Below are positions 26,978 to 40,200 of a stretch of 64,000 nucleotides of DNA, piece after piece (the stretch's first letter is position 1; every line of letters starts with the position of its first letter). Position numbers and translations under genes: made by a program. The notes under the pieces are model-generated. The model made no database searches. It saw only the letters and a list, made by a program, of their open reading frames with translations, and had not been told where the DNA came from. The stretch spans positions 7,585,566 to 7,649,565 of the forward strand of contig NW_003526943.1 in assembly GCF_000181795.1 (NCBI RefSeq). The letters run 5' to 3'. Source of the DNA: Trichinella spiralis. Lineage: Eukaryota.

Positions 26978-29800
26978 ATGATGGAAACTCAGCCATCACG
27001 GTTTGTTGCTCGGGTAAGTGATGTATCATTAGAAAATGTACCGTTTACCGGATGTTTATTTTTTAATTTTTAGCAATTTTAATTTATAATCACTTTATCT
27101 TTTTCATAATTTTTGGACACGAATTTTTTGCTCATGTAAAAAATTATTCAACTTATCGTCATTTTCATTGTCTTTTATTCACCTTAAATATAGTCATATA
27201 ATCCATAGTTTTTAATCTATCGTTATTTGGTTCTTTATTTAGAAATTTGTTACTGACTTACATACATTAAATTGTTATTTATTAAATTATTATTATTACC
27301 TTAAAAATTTAGTTATCACGTTTTATAATGATAAGAATAATAATGAATAATTTTGCACTTTACTTTTATATAGTTTCTGCCACTTATAAATTGGGTATGT
27401 AGCATTATGTATTATTTTATGGATTGAATTTTTTATTCATTACAGTATACCTACATTTTCTAGATTGATAAGTATTATTTTTTGTTTTGGTCAGGTTGTA
27501 TGATAATACTTGAGGAATATTTTTGCTTTGTTTTGCTTCATCAAAACAATAAAAGTATTTTAAAAATAATTTATTTGATGATCTTCAATTATGAAAGAAA
27601 ATTTATAGATATGCGTCTGTTGTCTTATATTAATAGTTTATTTAAACTGTTTTTGTTTAGGAATGTTTTTTGGTTGATAATGATGAACTCTGGGAAACAT
27701 TTCAAAATTCTTCGCCGGATTTTACCCCTAAAGTGGATGCAGTACCAGAGAAGCATTTTTCAGATTCATTCGAACTATTGAATGAGTTTAAATTGTCTGG
27801 CTTTTTATGCGATATAACAATCAAGGTTGAAGGAGGGGAATTTCGATGTCACAAGTCAGTTCTCGCTGCAACTATTCCATACTTTCGTAGCATGTTTGCC
27901 TCTGAGATGAAAGAATCCCACCAAGAAGAAGTGGAAATCCGTGGCGTTTCAGCTGATTCATTTAAACGTATACTTGACTTTGTCTATACAGGCAAAGTAA
28001 CGTTAACAATGGAAAATGTACAATACTTGCTTTGCACTTCTTCGTTTTTCCAAGTGGACAACCTTTTTCACTTTTGTGAGACTTTCTTAGAGCAGCGCTT
28101 ATCTCCAAACAACTGTTTGTGGATTCGTAAAATTTCGTTAATGTATGATTGCCAGTACTTGCTCAAGTGTGTTGACGAGTACATTTTGGAGCATTTCAAA
28201 GAAGTTTGCGAAGTACCCGATTTTTTGGAAATTACTTTTGACCATCTTGAGCAGCTTATCTCAGACTCGAACTTGAACGTCTCCAGCGAGTCGGATGTTT
28301 TGGCAGCGGTAATGAAATGGGTGCTGTTGGATATGGATGCTAGATATCGCTATTTGGTTGATTTATTCACGAGAATTCGTTTCCAACATCTTCCGCTAGC
28401 CTTTTTATTGCGGAGTGTAGATGCAGACCTCCTCAGAAAAGTACGTTCCTTAAGTATACATTATTAGTGATGTTTGAAAATGGGCGCTCTATTGTCCAAA
28501 ACATAAGAAAAGAAGAAAATATGTTTATTTTTTTTACTTTTTTTGACTTCAGATATGTTCCGATGTGCAAGTACATGAAAAACTGGTACACAGTTTGATG
28601 ACATTGCTGTATCAAGATACAAGTGTGTTGAATGCAGCTAACTTGTTGAACATAAAGCCAACGTTACCTAGGAAGAGTACGGCGGGTGTGATTTTCTGCG
28701 TTGGAGGCCGTGGTAGTAACGGTTTTCCATTTCGGTCAGTAGAAGTGTACGATTGGCGCCGAGATCGTTGGTTCCCCGTATGCAGCATGATATATCAGCG
28801 ACGTCACGTTGGTGTAGTTTCAGCTAATGGAATGGTTTACGCTATTGGTGGTCACAGCGGCACTGACCATCTGTCCAGTGTGGAAGTATGCTGCTGTTTT
28901 TCAGTTTTGTTTTTTTGTTTTTGAAAATGTTCATTGTTTAGGTATTTGATCCATCGATTGGCTTTTGGGCAAGCACCGCATCGATGAACACGAATCGTCG
29001 TGGTATTGCCACTGCGCATCTAGAAGGTGCCATTTATGCAGTTGGAGGCTTGGACGATTCAGCTTGTTTCAGCAAAGTTGAACGTTACGATGTAGAAATG
29101 GCCAGTTGGTCATTCGTATCTAGAATGAACGTACCACGCGGCGGTGTCGGCGTCACTACATTAGGTGGCTATTTGTTTGCCATCGGGGGTAACAATGGCA
29201 CTTCAGCCTTGGATAGTTGCGAACGATTCAGCCCCTATTTGAATCGTTGGACGACCATCGCCTCAATGGTTCAGAGAAGAGCCGGTGCCGGTGTTGCTGC
29301 ACTGAACGGAATGATGTATGATGCTATGCGTTTTTTTTGTTTCGTATTATTTATTTATTGATTTATTCATTGGCTTGAAAAGTAGATTGTTTGTGTGTGT
29401 GTATGTATATGTGCGGTGTGAGAGGTGAGAATGAATGAATTGTTGTAATTTTGATTGATTGAAATTTAGATATGCCGTGGGTGGATTTGATGACAATTCG
29501 CCTTTGAGTTCAGTGGAAAGATACGATCCTGCGTTGGACATTTGGACAATGGTTCCTCCGATGTCGTGTCCACGTGGGGGTGTGGGTGTGGCGGCTATGG
29601 GCGGTCGCTTGTATGCAGTCGGCGGGCATGACGGTACGAACTATTTGAACACGGTCGAAGCGTTCGATCCAGTCGAAAACAAATGGACACCGGTTGCTTC
29701 TACTTTACACTGTCGTGCTGGAGCAGGAGTTGCTTGGTGTAATTGTTCGGTTGAAATGTTGATTTCAAAGACCATGGCGATTTGCAGGAAGACAGTTTGA
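26978..29800 (+). CDS. KLHL8: BTB-BACK-Kelch protein, KLHL8/kel-8-like Cul3 adaptor
   Basis: Exons 26978-27013 (tentative first exon), 27661-28440, 28553-28885, 28942-29315, 29470-29800. BTB (LCDITIKV...CHKSVLAATIPYFRSMF), BACK, PRKSTAGVIFCVGGRG, six kelch repeats, C-terminal RAGAGVAWC. Confidence 0.88.
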
Positions 29801-30022
29801 ATCTGTTGTCAGTATGGCTAATGAATGAATGAATGAATGACTTGAGATTGCCTTCTCGAGAAGTGAACCCGCTGAATGAATTTTGCGCTTCAATGAATTT
29901 CATTGCATCATTTTTTAACTGAAATTAAAAAATAGTAGTATCAAAGTTTATGGGGGGTAAGTTGGGGGTTTATTTTGTAAAAAGAGAATTTCAAAAGAAA
30001 AAACAGTAATAATAAATAATTG

Positions 30023-31267
30023 TCAATTTCTTATGGAATTGGGCATGAAATTGCGGACGAAAAACACTTTGGATAGGATGCGTTTGAATGCTTTGGCAAA
30101 ATCTGGACTGAATACGGTGTATATAATCGGATTCAGAGCCGAATTGACATAGCCAAGCCAGAGGAAGACACTTTCCAACAGTGGTGAAATGGAACAGCGA
30201 CTGGTCGAGTGGTCAGTTTCGTCAGAAGAAGGGCAAGCGATTGGCCGGTACAAGGCGAGCACGAAAAACGGCAGCCAGCAGAGCACAAAAGTGCCAGTTA
30301 CGACGGCAAGGGTCCGAGCAGCTCGGGCTTCTCTTTTTGGTGAACTTTTCTGCCTGTTGTCATTAGTGGTGGTGGTGGTGGTTTTGAAGAAAATTTCGGG
30401 AATAGTTTTACGACGAGTTTGATTTGGCTTTTTGGCAGCGTTTTTGCAATTTTGCAACACGGTGACCGTCGAATAGGACCGTTCTGGGGGCGCTGGCGGC
30501 ACGGCGGTGCAACTTTCTTCCCCCTTCAACGCCGTTGCGCTTCGATCGAGCAGACAAGTTTCGGTTTCGGTGGTCACCACGGATGAGGTAATGAATCCCG
30601 GCGTGCTTTTGCGTTTCTTTTCGCGCTGTATACGCTTTTTTGCCACGACGTAGATGCGCCAGTAGAGCAGCATCAGCAAAAACAGCGGGGCGTAGAATGC
30701 GGCGACGGTGCTGAATATCTGATAAGTCAAATCCTGCGAGATCAGACAGACGTGCTGGTGCAGCACTCTGTCGGCGAAACGACTGTCTTTCCAGCCGAAC
30801 ACTGGCGGAATGGAAATGAGCAACGCGGTCAGCCACACCAACGCGATCATCGCCATTATGCGACTGCGATTGCGACGTTGCACGTATGCGACGTCGCTGA
30901 CCGACCAGTAACGATCCAACGCGATGACGACCAAATTCAATATTGACGCACTGCAGGAGAGGACGTCGAAAAATACCCAAAAATCGCACATCAACAAGCC
31001 CAAAGTCCACCGGTTGGTCATGTCGTAATAGAAAGCCAACGGACTGACCACCGTGCCGACCAGCTCATCGGCCACGGCCAATGACAATATCAAATAATAC
31101 TGTACCCGTTGTAGACTGCGTTCGGTGAGAATGGCGATTATGACCAACGCGTTGCCGACGACGGTCGTGGCGACGATTACCGCCAAAATTGAACCCAGCA
31201 AAACTGAACTGGTCACTGGCCGACTGTCGACCACCGACATGTCGGTGTTGTTCCTCTCCAAGCTCAT
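30023..31267 (-). CDS. Class A biogenic-amine GPCR, 5-HT1/SER-4-like serotonin receptor, intronless CDS
   Basis: Seven TM helices with GN, LAVAD, TM3 DVLSCSASILNLVVIALDRYW (amine-binding Asp), CLISQDLTYQIFST, CWLPFF, LWLGYVNSALNPIIY. Likely ATG at 31267 (MSLERNNT, with an N-glycosylation sequon), directly after a CAG acceptor of a 53-nt 5' UTR intron (31268-31320). Confidence 0.9.
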   Translation of the reverse strand: MSLERNNTDMSVVDSRPVTSSVLLGSILAVIVATTVVGNALVIIAILTERSLQRVQYYLILSLAVADELVGTVVSPLAFYYDMTNRWTLGLLMCDFWVFFDVLSCSASILNLVVIALDRYWSVSDVAYVQRRNRSRIMAMIALVWLTALLISIPPVFGWKDSRFADRVLHQHVCLISQDLTYQIFSTVAAFYAPLFLLMLLYWRIYVVAKKRIQREKKRKSTPGFITSSVVTTETETCLLDRSATALKGEESCTAVPPAPPERSYSTVTVLQNCKNAAKKPNQTRRKTIPEIFFKTTTTTTNDNRQKSSPKREARAARTLAVVTGTFVLCWLPFFVLALYRPIACPSSDETDHSTSRCSISPLLESVFLWLGYVNSALNPIIYTVFSPDFAKAFKRILSKVFFVRNFMPNSIRN

Positions 31268-34200
31268 CTGATTTACAGATCTCGCTGACGCTGACAGAAA
31301 AGCTGTCCACAACTACTTACTTGTGTATTGAGAATTTTGTATCGTCCACTCAGTCCACTTTTTCAATCCAACTATAAAAATTAACCAACATTAATTAAAT
31401 GATTCATTTAAGATTAATCAAACATAGCACAGTAGTGTTGATGTTGTTGTTTCTTTTTCCAGCTAATTTTGTTTAAAGCTTCAAAGCTGTTTTCTGTTTC
31501 CTCAAATGAAATATAGCAAACATTTTCGCGATTCAATAAAATGCAGAAAATCTTCTGAAAACTTTCAATCAAATAATGAAATTAATAATAATAATAAATT
31601 TCCTACAACGCTGAAATATTATTCAATATATAAAAGAAAACTGTGAATTCTGATCCAAATAAAAAATAAATTTTCTTTCTCTTCCTAATTTAATTTTTAA
31701 TTACATCCAAATGTTCATTTATTTCTCTCACGATTTCCATTCAAATTGAAACAGTTACAAAATAATAAATACAAATTAAGCAAATATTGTACAAAAAAAT
31801 CTTGAAGACTACTTTTTTAATTAAGCTACAATAAATTTGCAGCAGCATATCGAAATACGACAACAACTGATCAGAAATTATATTATTATTATTCGAGCGA
31901 TTAATATAAAATTTCGAAAATTTGTATACAACGTTTCCAATATAATGTGAACATGAAATTGTTTCCCTGAAACTATTCCATTAAAACCAATAAATGGTAT
32001 CAATTTTTTCAAATAGCATCAATCTTCTTACGTCACATTAATTTCCGCAAAGGTAAATTCAATTTTAATAATTTTCATTCTTTAATCAGTATGTATCTTT
32101 TCAAAATTCAATCTATTTCATTTTGTTCAAATAAAGCTAGCAAGAAAGAATAATTCTTGAAAAAAACAATATCATGCTAAAACTGGATTTGTTTTTACAT
32201 CAAATATTGCATAATAAAATGGAAAATCTGTAATTGGTATTGGTCTGGAGAAAAAGCTTTAATCCCAGATTCCCTTGCTTTAGAATAAAAAATAATTACA
32301 AATATTTTGTTAAATTATTAAAATAATCAAACTTTTCAAATGAAATCATCGAACTTATTTACCAAATAATGAATATTTTTGTGCATGAAAAAAGTTGTTT
32401 AATAATTTCAGTTATGAGAGGAATGTGAATGAATCCAATAAAAAATCAATGAAAGGTATGCTAACGAAGCAGCTTAAGCAAAGAAAAATCAATTCAGATT
32501 AAAACTACTACGAAACCAATACTTGCGTGGGAAAATTATACAGAACATATCCGAAAAATTAACATCAAGCATGCTTTATTTGCTTTGGATAAATATTATT
32601 CAAAAATACAAGTGCAAATTGAAAGAGATAACAGTTTAAAATTCCACTTACTGATTCACATGATGATCAAATAAAAATCTGTTTAATAAACAGTTTTCCA
32701 TAAATGACGCTATAAAAAAGGAAGGAAATCAAATAACATAGAAGAAGCACAGGCACTGCTTAAAATTTTTGCTTCTTTGATAAATAAATGAATGAATTTC
32801 AGTTTCATTTAATGACCTGGTGCAAATAAGAAAACTGCCAATGCAGTTCTTGAATATTATTTATAATTGAAGTAAGAGTTGGGCTTTTCAGTTCGCACGT
32901 TTCAAATTTGCAATATGAGCTAATATTTGATTTCATTCCGGCGGTAGCTTTTATATTTTGCACGCAGATTTTTGAAAAAAATATATTCCAAATCCATCTA
33001 AGGGTAAATAAATTTACATTTCTTCGATTACCATTTCATACACATATTTATTTATCTTTTGTTAAATATTTTATTAAGCATAACGCGATTTAAATGGAAA
33101 AAATGTTCATGAATGAATCAAAGAAAACAATTCCACAGTAAATGTATCATTATTGATTATGGAAATTACTGACGTAATTCTGCCACGATCTGATAAAAAC
33201 AGTTCATGTGGACATGAATCGCCGTGTGTATTAATTGCAACAAATTTTCCATCCATTTTAATGTGATTTTTTCAAACTCATCTCAAGTCTCATAATAATT
33301 CATATTTAGTATTATAAATTATTCAATTAGTTAAAGATGACACGCATTTCAAAATTTTTAATGATTGAAAACTTATCAACAGCATTTTGACATTTTTTGT
33401 GATTTGTTTTTTTTTGAAAAAAAATTCTGAAACGTAAAATTTATCGTAAATATATGCAGTATGAAACAATTTTTTAAGGATATCTATTGTAAAATTACTG
33501 TGTATTGTTTTTTTGAACAGATAAAGTAAAAATACTTTATTATGTATTTGAAATTATTGAAGAAAGTAGTCCATAACTTGATTTCCATAACAGATATTAT
33601 TCGAAAATAATAAATTATAAAACTGTACAGATTATAATAATTTAGTTAAAAAGTTTGGCATCACCTTACACAGAATTATTAAAATTGCAAAAACAGGCGA
33701 AAATCTTTTCATAATTTTTGAAACTTAATATAGTAAAATTAATTGTTTTCAATATTTACATATAAACCTCTTGTAGCTTACCAAAATTATTTGTTAATTG
33801 TGCGTGCAAAAGCTCATGCGCTGTATTTTCTCTTGCATAATGAAAAATATACCAACATGAATAACACATGAATTAAAACAATGCGAATGAATAAATGTTT
33901 CATGTCTTTTTTTTCATGTGAATGCCTTTTTTCAATTACTCTGCAAAAAATGAAATGTTTGTTTTTGTTTAATTAAAACTAAGAAAAAAGCAATAAGTAA
34001 GCGCCTGCCTGAGTGTATAAATTTTCCACGAGAAATTTGGCAACTTTATTAAGCACGCAAATATCAGGATGACCAGTCTGCTGTGAATAATTAATTAAAC
34101 AGGCTCTCTCATTCTCTCACTCAATCTCTCTCCCCCTCTCTGTGTGTTGCAAAAGCTGAAACTCAAAATCTATCGATTGTTCTCTGACATTAATTGCGTA

Positions 34201-37200
34201 AATGAAAATTAGATGCTATAAAATCTTGGATTTCAGTTGATCCGCAGTGCTGCGATTTATTCGTTGCTGAAATTGAATTAAACGAAAAAAGCATTTCATT
34301 CAGCATAATTGCATTTGAATTGAAAAATATTTCACAGTTAAACCGCTTCACTGTTAACATTTTATTATCACATTTATGCGCGATTACTTGCAGCAACGAC
34401 GAAAAACAGTAAACAAAAAATAAGAAAATTTTGCTTGCGTATCAGCTATTTTTTCATATCTCATGTTTTAAAAAATGAAAAATAAAAACTTTAAATGAAT
34501 TTATGGAATGTTCACAAGAATGCAATAAACAATTAGCCGAAAAGAATTCCATTGCTTTTCCACCAGTTAGGTTAATCAGTGAAATTTATAAATTTATCAA
34601 ATTCTGCATTTTGTATCATTGCACACCCAGTGAATGCAATCAATATTAGTCATTAGTGGAAACTGATTTGAAAAGTTACACACTGTCACAGAAGCATAGG
34701 GGATTTTCTAAAGTTCTGCTCATATCAACATTTTATAGCTTGGCACGTGTCTTGTGGAATCCGCCCTCATGCCAATCAACATTTGCTCACGCAATTTGCT
34801 GCTCATTCACGCGTGAAACTTTCCCACGTTTTTGGCCATTATATAACATGCATGTGAATAAAATTACAAAATTGGTACATGTCGCCATGAAATTTCAACT
34901 TCTAATTTTAAACTTCTAACAATAACTTCAATCCGTCTGGCGAAGTAATTCGATAAAGAATTGCAGTGCTTAATCGAAAATCATATTTATTATTATATTA
35001 CATTCAAAGGATTTGCAGAAAATTTTCCATTTCATGCATTCTTAGAACATTCTTAAACAATTCATAAATCAATGCATAGTATGTAATGAAAAATTTTATT
35101 GAATAGAAATAAATGATGCATGTAGAGTTTAAGTTTAAACGTACTTGCACGGTTATGTATGTATTTCATTATATATATGAGATCATTTACTGAAAACTGA
35201 AAATTATAAAAATAAACATTCAATATAATTATTTTTGATATTAAAACATAAATGCTATCACTTATTTTTTACACATTATATGTTCTTCTAAGTCAAAGTC
35301 AATCTGATTTTTACATCACATAATAAATTTAAAGTGAAACATTAAAATGAAAAAATGAAACTTACCATAACGTTTATCCTTAATTATAAATCCTCATTTT
35401 GATGTTAGTGATTTATTGATATTGAAAAGCGAAATCTATCGGTTTTTGAGCTATGAATTTAAATTTAAATAATAAGACATGTAGTTTAAATAAAACAGTT
35501 CAATTTATGCCTCCATATTGCGTTCTTTTATATGTTATCAGAAATGAGTGCATATTTTTCAAAGCAGTTGCACTCATTTATTAAATAAAAGTTGTCATCA
35601 TAATTTCTGACGCTCTTCTTATCTCACTATATAGAATGCACATTCAACTGCTAAATGGCTATATAGTAGAAATATTCTTATTTTTTTTGAAAAGTATACT
35701 TCTTCATAAATTTTCTTCTTGAGTAATTGAAGAAGAATTCTGAATGGAGAAAATTAAGCATTGCACCTTTGCTAATTTCTTTGACTGCTTCAAGTATTTT
35801 TAGATGGTGATGGTAAAATGATTTGCTGAATTTGATCAGAAGAAAAGAATTGTAAGAATTCTTAGAGCCAGTCCATTTTGAATATAAGACCGCTATTTAT
35901 TTTCTTTAACATTAAGTAACTTCGTGATTGTTATTCAGCAAAATTCAGCTTCTCATTACAATGGCAAAATTTTAAATGCGCAATCCCCGTATGCCTCAGC
36001 TTTTGTACTTGCTTTATAATTTTATCTTTTTCTTTTGTCAATAACTAATGATATCAACAGCACAGTCAAAATGCTTTTTATTAAAAACATAATTTTTTAA
36101 TTAATTTTGTAAATTAATACTAGTGGAAAATAAGAACTGAAAGAACTAAAGAATTATATTCATTTATCTAAATGCCCTAAGCTCTGCAAGAAGTGTTACT
36201 GTCAAATATGCCCACTGTTTAGGCTTAAATCTGTTTTTATTACATTCATTCATAGAAAAAAGAATTTTACAAGTTCACTAGAAAATAAAAGCTCATTTTA
36301 GCTGCTATTATTTTATTTAAAATTTTCTACAATATATTAGTAAAGCAATTTATAAAATGCATGCTTGACATTCATTCTTAATGATTCAAAAATCTCTAGA
36401 AGTATGTCAGATGAATGCTAATTTATCACTTGTTTTTGCAATATGAAAAATGAAGCAAATATAAAATTTTTAATTCATCAAAAGTGAAAAATGCCTGCTA
36501 TTAATAATCTTTTTTTCGTAATTATAAATGAATAAAAACTTCAAGCGACATTTATTCATTCGTGCTGTACATTACATGAATATTATTAAGAAAAAACAAT
36601 TTAACCAAAACTTATGTTACATGTAAAACTTCATACCCATGTTACCAGTGCAAAATACGCATTACAAAAGTAATTTCACTCATAAAAAATTTTATTCTTC
36701 TAAATAAATGTTAATCTATTTTTAGTATATTAAAAAAATGTACTTTTATATATACTATATACTATATATTAAATATACTTTTTTTTCTCATAAAATTTTA
36801 AAACTGATGATTAAATTTAGAAACTGAAATATACTCAACTTAAGAAAAAGATGAAAAAGATATTGATTTCCCAAATTTTAATGCATCATAATTAATAGGT
36901 CGATAACAATTTTATTGTTGAGCGATGAAAGTTTATTCTCTGAATTAAAATTCAATGTAAATTGAAATACACTGAGTTTCGACAAGTTTGTTAACCAGAC
37001 CTACAGAAATCACATAGATTTGCCGTTTAAACTAATCATTAAACAATTTCAGCATGTAACTAAAAATGCAAAGTTACAATTTCTCATTTTAATTCCGCTT
37101 TAACTGATATGTCTGTAAAGAATAGCTACATTTGCATCAGATGTTCAGAAATACTTTATGTAGATGAAATATCAATATTTAATTAATTTTAAAATGCGAA

Positions 37201-40200
37201 CACTGCGATATTTATACGGTAATAATGATAATTTGAAATAATCAGTCTTCTGGGTAATCTGTGCCTTTAAAATATATTTTACACATAAAACATTTTAAAA
37301 GATGGAACACATTCATTTAAGTGATCACAACTTTGGGGTTTTCTTGAAAAAATAATGTCGCATGCTACCAATTACTTTTGTAGAAATAGACTAAAAGGCA
37401 AGATAAACAATACCTGCATATTTGTGAAATTTTAGCAATTCTTCTCTGCACTGTTTTGCGAATAGTTTGATAATTTTCATTATCATAATCGCTAGTTTTA
37501 TTAGCGTCAAATCCTACTCAAATAAAACAATCTAATGTTATGTAAGATTATTATTATATTGTTAATTTTAAAACTTGACTTACTAAAAATAAAAATGTGT
37601 AGAAACCAAAAGTGTTGAAGTCATCCAAAAAAGTTTCAATAAAAATAGTTATGCACTAACAATGCTAGATAAATTCTATAATGTGGAATAAAAAGAACTT
37701 TATCTGCTTTGTATGCATTTTTTCTGAATTAGCAGTATTTTGTGGAAATCTAATATTTGCCAGATGAATATGAAATTACCTCATCAATTGACTGGCGACT
37801 CTCGTTTTCATCTTTTCACTTTCCACATAAGAACTCACTCACTGAATGCAAACACATCTTCTGATTGTGACGGCTTTATGAAGTGCAGTTTTACAGGTAA
37901 ATGTAACACTAAACTAATACTAAAATTGGAAAAAGCAATCACAACCTCTGCAGCATTAAATTTCAGTGACTGAGCAAACTGTTCACTGAGCATCATGTTT
38001 GCATACACTTTGTCCAGTCAAGTTGCAATATTCACGCTGCTTGATATTCTATTTGTAATTCATTTAAATTAAGTTTAACTTTAATTAAAGCTCCATTCTC
38101 CCCTTCTCTCTTCCCCTTTCTTAATACTGTAAGAAATTTCATGCTGTGATAAAATTTTGTTTAATAAAATTCATTTCTATTCGTTGCTCTTGCAACTCAC
38201 AGTTAAAAATCACAGTTTGATCGATATTTTACTTACGAAAAAAACAAAGCAATCAGCATAACGAATTAGCTCTATTTTTTGTATTTTGATTAGCTGCCAA
38301 AGATTCCAATAAATTAATATTTTTTTCAGAAAATACTGATTATTTATCGCATTTCATTTTTATGTTATATAAATATACAATGAAATTAGGTATTTCTCAA
38401 TTATAAATTACGACAAATTAACAAGCATGATACTTTAAATAATATTATTAAATGATTGCTATTGTCGCATAGATTAGGAGTAATATTTAATGAATGCTGT
38501 CATCTTTTCGTATAACATCTTCTCGTATAATAAATGTAACATGTCATCTTACAAAATACATCTCTTCAGTGCTTAACAATCAGATTAAATAAACAGTGAA
38601 TCATCTTTTCTTCCTTCGCCTTCTTGTCAGTAAATACACATGTGCATTATCAGTATGGACATATATTGAACGCACTACATAAAACTGAATAATTACTATC
38701 TTGAGAAGTGAAATGTAAAGCGTAAGCATATATATTAACAGTTAGTTAATTGAAAGTTAAACACTATTTAGCTTGTAAAATTATTTAAAAGTTGCAAATA
38801 TAAAGTATAAAAATGTGTAAATTTATTAAATTTTCATTTAAAGCAGAGCTTACCAAGTTTAAACTCATAATTTCATAAAAACATTAAAATAGCAAAGAAA
38901 TTTTGAGATCATGCTCAGCTCTTGCTTTTTGACAGCTAATAAACTGAGGCGATGTAATTGCAAGTACTGTTCGAGTAGATGAATGGTCAATCTCAGTGTC
39001 CGTCCGATGTGGTTTCATTTTTTCTCTCATTAGAGACCAAACCACTTGATACGTGGCACTTGATTGTTAAGCAAGCTTACATGATAAAAAAGGCGATGTG
39101 ACGATGATTTTGCTTTTTTTTTCAACTGGAGAATAAATTCATCAAAAAAGACAAATCTATTCTCAAACTGCTCAACATTTTTCCGGTAGAGATTTAAATT
39201 TTAATTTTCTATAGATGATCAAAAAATTGTTCTCATAAAATCTGAATGACATGCAAAAAGAAAAAAGAAATTATCGATATTCAATTAGTTGTCAGCAGAG
39301 GTCTCTGAACAATATCCGTGTAGGAGGGGCACAGTTAAGTATAACTGATTGCAGTTTTAACCATCAATCTAATTATCAGACTTTGCATTTGTGCGCCAAA
39401 AGTTTACACTGTATTGCAACAATGAAAATGTCATTATTTCTATAATAATTATTTATAAGAATTTCTCAATTAAAACAAAAATCAAAATGTAAGACATATG
39501 AAAAAATAAATTTTATAACTTACTTGTTGATTTCGTTTATAATCTATTTAGTTGAAGAATAGCTTTTCCAAGGCATTGCAATTATAATTGAATAATCAGC
39601 AAGCTAACAACGGTACATGCTACGAATGCAATTTTTTGGGCCGATTTTTTTTTCAATCTGAGTTGCAGAGTGATTAAAATTACGATGATGCTTCTCTGAG
39701 AAACTTTCCTCAATTAGTAGTAGTTATTAATCAGTGAATGCCGCTGTGAGCCAATTGATGGCTTTTGTGAAAATTTCTTGAAGTGTCAATTCAATTTTTT
39801 CGACTAGATCGATAGTTTTCAACCGAATAGAACATTAGGTACAAAATTTCTGCGCATTAGACTTCAACGAAAATCAATCGTCCACAAAGACCAGCGCCCT
39901 TGGGCTTTAATTTGGACACACCCAATCAGCCTCCTGGATATTATTCTTCTTGTGGAAAATCTTTTCGCCACGTTCTAATCAGAATATCTCTAAGCAGTTG
40001 ATGCACAATTTCAATATTCTAAGCAAACATTGGCCAGGATGAAAACCGCCGTTTAATGATTCAATTATGAAGAGGTGTTTCACAATGTCTGTGCTTCATT
40101 TATTTGTCAGATTTATTCTACACTTGAAATATACTTTAACTTCTCATAATAGTTTAATAGCCCATTGAATTCAAATTCGAATAGATTTATTTCTCCTATT

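Noticed and set aside
30181..31377. Overlapping ORFs in the GPCR and the GTG start at 31312
   Set aside because: Shadow frames. The GTG lies inside a predicted 53-nt intron, and ATG 31267 is the better start.
38890..39055. Small hairpins and a bantam-like seed (TGAGATCAT) in the coding-free interval
   Set aside because: Stems are too short or bulged for a pre-miRNA, and the seed falls in the loop region.
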